64,000 nt of DNA from Nemertoderma westbladi (lineage: Eukaryota > Animalia > Xenacoelomorpha), in NCBI GenBank assembly GCA_032718475.1, contig JAUCBJ010009108.1, positions 62,001 through 126,000 on the forward strand, in the 5' to 3' direction. Shown one piece after another: positions 1 to 10,498 of the stretch. The position numbers and the translations under genes were made by a program. How positions within the stretch are numbered: the first letter of the stretch is position 1; every line of letters starts with the position of its first letter. The notes beneath the pieces are model-generated. The model saw only the letters and a list, made by a program, of their open reading frames with translations, was not told where the DNA came from and made no database searches.

Positions 1-1360
1 CGAATGTTTCCCACGCTATACGAATACGTTACGAATGTTTTACGAGTGTTATACGAATGTTTACCGCAGGATTTTTATTTTTTTTATTATTTCGCTACAG
101 TTTACATAGTTTTAACAGTTTACAACTGTTAAAACGTGTCCATTTTATTTTATTTTTTTGAATATACTTGATATTCCGAATCGAATATGAAAGCCATTTT
201 CAATTTCCCCAATAAAATGTTCAGATGTTATTCAAGAGCACGCAATTTCAGACGTAAATCGTTATAGTTCTGATGATTTTATTATCTAGAATATTAATTT
301 CAAGCTTTTAATTAATCTTATTAATTATTATTGATAGTTTATTATTTTTTATGATATTTTATTATTATATTATTATATTATATTATTTTATTATTATATA
401 TTATTATTATTATTATATATATATTTTATTACTTATTATCGAAAAAAAAGCGAATTAATATTCTACAATATAGTAAAAAAAACATTGAAATTATGTTGAT
501 GCATCTCCTAAAATGTATGCCTTTGATGTATTTTGTCTGTAAGATTTTTTTACCATTAATAAGTGTAGGGCCTACTGTAGCAGTTACCGGTAATTAACTG
601 CTACAGTATATCAGTAGACTTTTTAATGGCGTTTTATAGCGAATTAAACAAATTCGACCTGTAGACCTAAGAAACTGTGTGAGAATATCACCATACACGT
701 ACATAAGTTTTAGAAAGTTTTTACGTTAAGCTACAAATGCTACCTTATAGTGAAATAATCCATCACCGCTCCATGAAAACAGTAAGTAAGACTGTTTTCA
801 CCAATCGAAATACAAACTATTTACAAATATCTCTTAGGTCTAATGGTGGGGCCTAAAATATAAAATAATCAATATCTAATTATTGCATACTTATTATTGC
901 AGGTACAGCGTAAATACAATCTATCATACATAAAAAATACAAATTTACCAATTAACTTTAGTGCATAAAATACAAAAAAAGAGCTTTCGGTTATCAAAAT
1001 GAACAAATAAAACAAATTAGAACAAATCAAAACAAATAATTTCAAAACTTTCAATAATCTTTTATATATTACAAATATACATAATAAAATTTCCAAATTA
1101 AATAAGTCCAATATAAACAAACATAATGCGCTAATAATTTCCAAATAAGTCTTAAAGTGTCCTCCTGACGATCTTAAAAGTTCGTCCTGCTGGTCTGGAT
1201 ATCTTCTCCTGAGCACTGATTGCTAACGGTAGGCTCGCAAGCCTTCCTTCTCTACCTCGCCCCTCCAAACCCAACATCCAAATATAATATCCAATATAAA
1301 TATCCAAATATAATATCCAATCGGTAGGCTCGCAAGCCTTCCTTCCTTCATCTTGCTCTC

Positions 1361-4300
1361 CTAATCCTTTGTCGATTTAGGTGGTGGTCGGGATCGAACT
1401 GGACTCGGACTTTGGCGTCGAACTGTTGGTGGTTCTAAAACACTAGGAAAGGTGACGACGGGAGTCTCACACATCCGTCGTGCGCTCAGTCCTCTAAATC
1501 CTCGTCCGATTCCAATCATTCGCTTTGTAGTATCGGACCGAGTCTCTACAACGCTAGGAGGGAGTCTAAGGGGTGGGACCGTTCCGTCCGCTGACACCTC
1601 GCTCTCTGACGTCGTCTGAATTCTCATAGGTTCTGGTAAAGCATATCCTGTCCCTCCGCGTGGTTCTCTAGGAAGGGAAACCGTGCCCCGAGTCATCCGG
1701 ATTTGCGACTTCGATGTCGTCCTCTCGGCGACATTTACTACCTTTTTTATTTCCTGTCCGGCCTTCTGGACTCTAAGTATACGAAGTTGCGGATCTTCCT
1801 GTGGGTGACGTGTCCTTTCGGCTAACGGTGTGGCCCTGAAGCCAGTCTCACGCAAAACGTCCGCCTCATCTAAGATACAAGAGATTACGTGTTTGTGATA
1901 AAATGCGCTCTTGTATGCCCAAGCTTTCGAATGCCAGGCTCCTCGATTCCGCTGTTCGACTCGCAATTTGTCGAATTCTCCGGCGGTAATCTTATTCACT
2001 ACAGTCTGAAGGTTCCATGTGTTCTTATTGTCGGGGTGTACCTGTAGAAAGTAGTCCCTACAACTTTAAATCCGCTATCCAACGGGTTCATCGTATTGAG
2101 GCATAGCTGACACATATCCTTCTTTCGACATGATGAGAGGGTTTACGGCCCAAAATCCCAAATGCGCTCTCATGGGGAAACGGCGCCGCTGTGTCAACAC
2201 ATGCTCGTCTGCTAGATTCTCCCAATGGTCGAATAGCTGTCTAACGATTTTAACTGACATATGCTCATAGGGAACGTCCCTAAGTTGGCACTCTGATGCC
2301 CTATGACCTTTAATATTGCAATACGTGCACTGCGCCATGAAACGCCAACAAGTGTAGAAAGTGTGTGAACGTTGATCCCCACACCAGTTGCACACTAAGT
2401 CTGGTAGAGATATGTGTTTCGCTCCACATTTCTATGCGTGGTGGCCAGTTGCCCCGCATCTGCCACAAATGGTGTTGGCAGGATACCAAACTCGCTCATA
2501 GATGAGGTCTCCGATGGGGCGAGCGCTACCGTCCACATGATAATTCTCATCATCCGGGTCAGTCGGTATGTTCGTCTCCGTAGGTTGTACACAAACCATG
2601 GCATCGCTTTTCTCTAACTCGCGTATCTCAGTTCGCGTCTTCCTCGGAAGCTTCTCTTCTATTTCTATGAGTTGCCGCAACGGTTCGTCTATTATCGCGG
2701 ACTCGGTCGGATCCACATCGTCATGATGGGCGGTAGGCTCGCGAGCCTTCCAGGATCCTTCCGGGTCTTTTAATTCCGCGTGGCGTTCCCCGTCGTAGGG
2801 TACTAACGTCAACATCGACGGTCTGTCGACTAAGCTTCCCGCGTGAGTGAGATAAACGTCCCTAAAAACGCTAAGTCCTGCTCACGTGAAAACTTCGTAG
2901 TGCGCATCGGTGTTATAAAAGGGTTGGAGAAATTGGCGGAATACATCAGTATGTGTCCTTCCTCCGTCGTAAATGGTATGTCCTTCACCGAGACATAACG
3001 GATGTCGCTTTAGAGTCCTAGACACTACATCGGCAATGAAGCAAACGTTCACCGAAGATTCTATCGCCAAATAGTATTGCAAGATTATTCGTGGAGGTGA
3101 GGTAATACAGTACACGCAACCTCGCCACTTTAACTGTGACTCGAACTCGTTTACGCCGGGGGTATCTCCCTCACCGTATACATCCGTGTATTTGCTCCTC
3201 TTACTCTCTTTATAATCCCAACTGAACATTAGGTATGAGATATAACCCGTTCCAGTTTTTAGCGTGTTATACTCCCTAAAATATCCTTGCTCAATAGCCC
3301 AAAGCAACAATGGTCTTGTATCCACGTATGGCGTAGGCAATCGATCCTCCTCCTCGGGCATTCCTGCGAAATCGCTAATGAGGTCATCCCATACACCGGA
3401 TCCGATCTTGACGATACCTTTATCAAGTACAACATCTCGCACGGCCTTTGGCAACATCCTAGCTTCTATGCTACAAGCCAGGTCCATGGATTTAACTATC
3501 CGTTTTATCATCGCGTGTCTTTGCGTCATTCCTTCCAGCATAGGCATCTTTCTATCGCTCCTCTATCGGCTGAAGGCATGTAACACTCCATCGGGTGCTC
3601 GAATTTGTATGGTCTTTGAAGTGAGGCTCTGCTGATGGCTTCCTCCTTCATTATCATAAAACATATAACCATTCTCCTGCAGAGATCGGCTTGTTGCGTC
3701 CTAATCGTCTAGTAAATCGTCAGTAGGGTTCCAAATTCTCCCTATGGACTTTTCATCGTCAAAACTAATAGGTTTTCCGGTTCAATTGGTCGCAATATCG
3801 GTGTCGGTTTCAAACGTGCCGACTCCGATCCATAATCGAATCGTTTTCGCTAAATATCCTCGCAAGATACAAGGTGCGATATCCATCCCCGCGCGATCCA
3901 CTTCCTTAAAGTCCGTAATATGTGGAAGTACGTTGCGTACGATTTTCTGAACTATTGTTCTATGAAACTCTGCCGCCTCTAACACATCACCAAAGCACAT
4001 CAAAACACACCAAAACACATCACATCGCCGATGGGAGGAAATGCAGGTTCGAAATGATCTCCGGGTGTTCAACTATAGGAATCTCGTAAGTTGTCTCCTC
4101 TCGGGTTGGTATGCTAATAGGAAAGCTGGTTGGTCTCGCGACTGGTACTACCGCTTTAGTAGGATGGGGATGAGGTTCTTGCGTCATCTCGACATGAGGT
4201 ATCTGTAGTCTCTGCGACAAACGCTGAGCAAAGGTGATACTATCGAAGAGTTCGGGTGTCATCTCCTTAGGTTCAGTTTGATCGTAGGATATCCAGTAAA

Positions 4301-5093
4301 ATGGTAGGCTTGCAAGCCTTCCGCCGAACTCCTCGATCTCGCCTTTCTCGTACGCTTTGTACGCCCTATAGAGGCTCAAAGCTTCCCGTTTCTCTTGTGT
4401 CGACTTATTAGACTCGTCCACTATCATACTATAGACGTCTGGTTCGACTAATTTGGGTTGGTTAACAATTTCGCCTGTGTTTGGTCCACTCATCTTAAAC
4501 GAATGGTACGGATTCGTCAAAGGGTATCCGCCTTCTTGGTAACACAGACTTTGGTGGTATGAACATCGTGCTAATATCGGCTCGGGGTTCTCCGAGTTCA
4601 AGCGCATAGGAATCGCGTTGTCTTGCTCACGCATACATCCTCCACATTTGTAAAACAGTTTATAAATGGAGAACGCGTCCTTTGTCTCTGGATCCACTCC
4701 TCGAGCACGTTTATAAAGATGCATTCCATCGAATTCATCCCTGGCTGCAGGCAAGGGTTCGCTCGCCGTCAAATATTGCAGCGTATGATATAATCGGCGT
4801 ATCTCCGTGTCTGGATCCTCGCAAATGTCACTGGCATCGCATAAAGCATCGTAGGGATACAACGCATTGAACTCTGCGCGTAACTCCTCCGCTCTTTTGT
4901 TATAAGCGTCCAATCGCTGTCGAGTAACATTCGGGTCCGCCTTGGATTTAGCGAGCTTGGCTGTACTCCTAGCCATACTCTCCACTCCAAACACGTTAAA
5001 GTTTTTGGCTCCATAATGATTAAACGGTGCCTGGTGCTCCTGTTCCTGCGTAAATCCCTGACGTAACTCCTTATAAATCTTCTCCGCCATCAT
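1361..5093 (-). pseudogene. Accessory ORF of the retrotransposon: Cys/His-rich N-terminus, DEDDy-type 3'-5' exonuclease, three Zn knuckles
   Basis: ORFs 3782-4072, 2882-3547, 2432-2815, 2075-2395 and 1361-1999 are all in one frame. Reading through stops gives YMFYDNEGG (ExoI), TIQIRAPDG, KIGSGVWDDL (ExoII), YVDTR, W..QYYLAIE (ExoIII-like), then CGRCGATGHHA*KC, CNWCGDQRSHTFYTC and CTYCNIKGHRASEC. ORF 4020-5093 joins via one inferred frameshift. Confidence 0.75.
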
Positions 5094-5130
5094 ATACGCG
5101 TATATATGGTTACATATCGTTACGTTTCTA

Positions 5131-5328
5131 CTAGAAGAAGCACAAAATAGAGGTTAGATGTGAGGAGACTTAGAGTTTGTCGGCTTTTGGCTCAACTTTG
5201 CTCTAAAACCCCTACCCATTTGCCTAATGACTTCGGGTTTCGCGTGATTTCGCACTGGCTCCTAATCCAAAAAATGTGCCGATAAAAACGAACTCCGGGT
5301 AAACTAGCCGCGAGTCTAAAATACTCAC
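5131..5328 (-). other. Predicted spliceosomal intron in the leader of the accessory ORF
   Basis: Minus strand: AG|GTGAGT donor at 5328; CTAAC branch site at 5157-5153; pyrimidine tract CTCTATTTTGTGCTTCTTC then TAG ending at 5131; ATG at 5093. Confidence 0.6.
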
Positions 5329-5694
5329 CTTTTAATTTCCCAAACTACATCCCAAAGAAAATAGTGCAGTCGAGAATTAATTTGGTCTAAGATAATAGTA
5401 GACACGACTAAGTAGAACAAGGCCGATTTTCTTTTCCAAAAAAATTTTATCGGTAGGCTCGCAAGCCTTCCATCCACTCTTGTCCTCCCCAATTTTAATT
5501 TTTATCTAGCTGTATTCTAGAATTCACATTCACTGGAGAATCATTTTTCTTAAATTTAAATCCAACCAAATGGATTTGTCTAATAATTTTTGAAAATTGT
5601 CTCACTTGTGGGTTCCAAGTGGAATTCCATTCCTACTGTACACACAATCCCGCTCCTATGTGATACATTAGGGTACTACCCTCCGCCTCCATGT

Positions 5695-6660
5695 TCACAT
5701 ATAAAGACAATGGAATTCGCTTTCCCAAACGCCGCCTCTCCACAGACTGTCGGAAATGTTAAAGTTCCAAACAATACGGTGAGGTCGTAGTTTCTCGGAA
5801 ATCTGGTTTTGGTCCAACTTCTTTAAAGCTCTGGTGATTTCATTCCATGCATCCACAAAGTTAGTCGCTTGGTCGCAATAAATGGATTTGACCAATCCAC
5901 GTCTAGCGATAAATCGCCGTAAGGCTAGGATAAAGGCGTTGGTGGTCAAGTCTGTCACACGCTCAATATGGAGAGCTCTGCTGGCCATGCAAGTGAAGAT
6001 CAATCCCCAACGTTTTACCTGTACCCTTCCGCGTTTCACGATTATGGGTCCAAAACAGTCTATCCCTTAGTCTCAGTGAAAGGGGGTCTAAAAGCCTGTA
6101 ATCTCGCTAGTGGTAGTTCACTCATTTCTTGGTGTCCTATCCTCGCGTGCACCTTCTTACAAATCATACAGTTCCGTTTTACCGAACTCAATGCCTTGCT
6201 AGGCCTAATCAGTACAAACCTCGAGCGTAAGTGTGATAGACAGTGGTGCCTACCTACGTGTTTGAGTCGTACATGTGCATCCAGTATCATAGCACGCTGT
6301 AACTCATGGTGTTGCGGTATGATGATAGGATACCTAAAGTCAAGTGCAAAGTCAATGTTTTGGAGTCTGGACTTGTGACAAAGTAAGCCCCTATAGATTA
6401 TCGGACTCCAACTCAAAATCGGTGAAGACTTGATCTGTTTACCCTGATTGAACGCTGTGAACTCTCGTGCGAAATATCGCAATTGATAATGATGAATAAT
6501 ATCAACTTCACAAAGACCAACTTCCCCTAAGGTAAGTCTTCTAGGAAAGTCGCGTTTGCCTCTGGCATATTTTCTCAAACGTTTGAGCCATGCTAACTTG
6601 CGGCATGCGTCAGTCCATGATCTAGTTAGGTTTACTATCCTGTCAACGTAAGTGTTAGTG
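5695..6660 (-). pseudogene. pol: BEL/Pao integrase (HHCC plus core), C-terminally truncated
   Basis: HVRLKHVG...CMIC, MSELPLARL, FTCMASRALHIE, RRFIARRG, DQATNF, GGVWE; similarity is lost after about 5715. Confidence 0.88.
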
Positions 6661-7064
6661 ACGTCTTCAGGTAAGGTATAGTCGAAATGTGGATACTTGT
6701 TCGGACTTGGTAGGCCCACGGGCCTTCCGGTGAGTGTCTCCCTTTGTACAATAGGTTTGTCTGAGTCCTCAAGTAATTTAATCTCCACGGTCTTATCTTT
6801 ACCGTCCACACTCAGTGAATTGACTGGCAGTAACGGTTTCACGCTTTCGTCCTTAGTCACACATTTACTCGTAGACGGTAAATCAAGTATTTTCCTTGAG
6901 CGGAGTGTGATTGCTGTGGCCACACCTTCGTCCAAAGAAGTCAAATTTGGTAAGTTGTCAATCGCTAATGGGTGTTTACTAGTCCGCTCCAATGGATTCA
7001 TTGCGTCCTTGCAGTACACGTCGTTTCTTTCCAATGGGTCATCTAATGGAAAGTCTAGTAGACA

Positions 7065-7410
7065 CTCTGGTGAGGCGTCCGCGAACAGTCTGGTGAGACG
7101 TCTGGTGAGACATAGCGCGGAACTTCCGGCGAAATGTCCTGTCGCCTGTCCCAAAGAAAGTCTGGCATTGCTTCTGTCAGAAAGTCTGGTCGAAAGTCTA
7201 GTGGACAGTCTGTCGAGATGTCTGGTGGAAAGTCTGGCGAGACGTCCGGTAGACAATCTGACGAGAGTTCCATAAAACAGTCTGGCGAATAATCCGGAGA
7301 ACAATCTGGTGTCATTTCTGGCGAATAATCTGGCGAGACATCTGGTGAACAATCCGGCGAAACGTCTGGTGAAATGTCTGGTCGAGAGTCTGGTGAGATG
7401 TCTGGCGTAA
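7065..7410 (-). repeat. 12-bp coding minisatellite (SPDx tetrapeptides) inside pol
   Basis: Degenerate TCTGGTGAGACA-like units; translation ...SPDVSPDCSPDVSPDYSPE... Confidence 0.85.
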
Positions 7411-7649
7411 TGTCAGGTCTAACGTCCAGGTCATCAGATTTTGTCCGTCCTTGTTTCCTCTTGACCTTAGCATTGGCTTTCGCTTTGGACTTGACAACAG
7501 TGTCGATTTTTATCTCGGCACCTTCCGGTATGGTATTAGTTGTCGCGTCGAATAATGGTGGCCATTCGTCTGATGGACGTTGTAGGAAATCGGGTCCTCT
7601 AAACCAAAAGGAGTTATTGTCCGGTCTACAAAAGTCAATAGGTGACATC

Positions 7650-9400
7650 CCCCGTGACGCGATGTCAGCTGGGTTCAGCTTCCCTGGACAGTGACACCAA
7701 TCTTGTTTGAGCGACCGGTCTAATATTTCAGCCCGTTTGTTGGCTACGAAAGTCTTGAACTTGAATGTTTCGTTGTTTATGTATCAAAGTACCAACGTCG
7801 CATCCGTCCAATATGTGACCTTCAAGTTAGCCTCCAGCTCGCGTTGAACTAGACTGACAATATCGGTGGATATCGTCCTGGCTTGCAGCTCTCCACGAGG
7901 TACAGTCATATACTTCAATGGCATTGTTCTAGCTCTTGAAGTAACGAGAGACACTTCATAGCTGTCCAATGTCACTTGTTGTCTAAGGTATAATGTAACC
8001 CCCAGTCCATCCTTACTAGCGTCACTAAAGCTGTGAAGCTCCAAATCGGCAGGAAAGGTGGTCTGCAAAGGAAAGTATACCCTCGGCATGGTATAGTCTT
8101 GTAAGAACATCAGTTGGGCTTCCCAGTCCCTCCATTGCTCAGCTAACTTTTCTGGGATGGGGTCATCCCATTCCAGTCCGGCTTGCCAAATGCTGCGGAG
8201 TATGATCCTGGCATGTAGGATCACTGGACTAATGAAACACAATGGGTCATACAATCGACTCATGGTCGATAAGCAAGTCCTCTTAGTGAGAGGTCTAATC
8301 TGTTCGTTGGACCTTACACGTACCCTAAAGTTGTCGGTGTTCGGGTCCCAACTAAGTCCTAATACCTTGGTCGTAGGTAGAGGTTCTAGGTCTAAGTCCA
8401 AGTCTCCTCCACTGCGATCAGTCGGGTCGAATGAGTTCACTAATTTGGGTTCATTGGAAGCGAACTTCGTGAGGTGAAATCCACCCTCAGCGAGACAATC
8501 TTGGAGTTGGTGTGCTACGGTCGTAGCGCGCTCCAGAGTGTCACAACTCTTGAGGCCGTCATCCACGTAGAAGTCTCGTTCCACTGTCCGAGCTACCTCT
8601 GGGTCGAATTGGTCTTGTCTGTCTAATGCAGTTTGCTTCAAGGCATACATGGTGCAGTTGGGGCTGTCCCTGGCTCCGAAAACTCTTACCTGCATTTGGT
8701 AAGTTTCTGGCGGAAGTTCTAAATTTCCGTCCGGGTACCAAAGAAACCTTAAACTGTCCCTGTCCCGCTCCAAAGCCTTAACCTGGTGAAACATAGCCTC
8801 TACATCACAGGTGAAAGCCACTTTGCATTGTCTAAAACGCATTAGGACTCCCATGAGGTAATTATTCATATTCGGCCCGTCCATCAGTTCGCTGTTCATA
8901 GAAATCCCTTGGTAAAGCGCAGCGCAGTCGTTGCCTTGCCAGGTTTGTCCGGGTGTCGAACAAAATGATGTGGCAGGTAATATGTCTCATCTGTGGTTAC
9001 CTCTGGATTTAACATCCTAATGGCGTATCCCTTTTGGAGATACGTCTGAAGTTGCGCATTGTATTGCATATGGGCCATCTCATCACGCAACAATCGCTGC
9101 CTTATTGATTTGAGTCGCCTCAAAGCAAGCGGGTAGTTGTTAACGAGCTTAGGTTGTCCATTGCGCCACAACATGCCAACTTCGTAGTGGCCATTCGCGG
9201 TCTGGCGAATGGTATCTCTCATAATATTTAATGACCGTTTTTCCTGTTCTGACATAGCGGTCTCGTAACTACCGGGTTCTGCTGAGTCCTGTTCTAACCA
9301 TTTAATGGTCCGTTCAGTCAGCAGTCGGTCAAGCACTGCTTGCACTGCGCCATGGTCCTCGTCCACATCTTCGTCCGCTGCAGTGGCTAGTGTCAATGTG
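7650..9400 (-). pseudogene. pol: BEL/Pao reverse transcriptase and RNase H
   Basis: YYLPHH, DGPN, DVEAMFHQV, LRFLW, VFGARDSP, FYVDD, VLGLSWD, YDPL, WDDPIP, FSDAS, YWTDA; frameshift near 8900. Confidence 0.92.
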
Positions 9401-9430
9401 TCTGGTAGGCTCGCAAGCCTTCCGGTGTCA

Positions 9431-10498
9431 CTAGTCGGCGTCGAAAAATGTGAGCGGTTTGAAAACCTTCTGATCTGTCGGTAGGCTCGCAAGCCTTCCA
9501 AGATCAACAACCGGTGTCGAAGCCTGGTGGATGGGGTCAATGACCTTCGGATTTTTCGGTAGGCTCGCAAGCCTTCCAAAACCCTCATTCATAGAGTCAT
9601 CCACAGCAACAACCCTTTGGTCTTCAGTAGTCAATACAACCTGGTTTACTGCAAGTAGTTGTAAGTCAGAGGTCCGTGTAGTCGTGTCCAGATCAGTTAC
9701 GTCAGTATCGGTTACGTCAGTGTTAGCGACGCAAGTCTGTCGTAGTGCAGTCTGTACAATTGAAACACAGGAGTGTGGAGGAGAATTATCTATCGTAGTA
9801 GTCAATAAACTACACGTACTCAAAACATCGTCCTCCTGGTCACTTACCTCTAGTGAATGCACTGGTGCTCTAGTGTACCAACCTATGGGAGTTCTACTTG
9901 CGTAGGGGTTGCCCGCTGTAATAACAGATGGGCGTGTCTCCCATACCTGATGTAAGTTAAACTGGTCTGTCCCAATCAACATCGCGATTGAGCGATAGTT
10001 AACAGGACATTCCGGTATTCCAAGGTGTCGGAAATACTTTCGATCTTCCGGCGATTGCTCTGGCACAGGGCGGAGCAAGTTACTAAAGTCCTTCGTGGCT
10101 GCAAAGGTCAAATTTCTTACCGGAAGTAATGAGCGCTCCTCCTTGCTGTGTTCCGCTTTGGAAAGAAGAGTGTCTAAGGTTAATTTTACTCTCGTCACAG
10201 GAATCGCTCTCTTACCATGCATGCTGCTTGCAGTATACTGAGCAGTCTTACCTTTACTCATGTCCGTAACTACGTCGGCTACTTGTTCGTCGACGTAACT
10301 ATGCGATGACGCAGAGTCTAAGATAGCGCATATACGCTTGCTCCCTCGGGTTCCGGTAATCTTTATAGGAATCACGCTAAACCCTTTCAATTGGTTCTGT
10401 GTGAGGAGTGTTATCGATGGTTGTTCCTCCCCCGCATGCACGTAAAAGTGTCGTCTTCCTCCTCGTCCTCGTCCGATGATCCGGATTGATCCATACAA
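9431..10498 (-). pseudogene. pol: BEL/Pao aspartic protease region
   Basis: AILDSASSHSYV (D-S/T-G-like active site), IAMLIGTD, RTPIGW. Confidence 0.8.

Noticed and set aside
600-1270. 3' LTR and polypurine tract of the BEL/Pao element
   Set aside because: A purine run exists on the minus strand near 1248-1266, but I found no TG..CA repeat matching anything above 12840.
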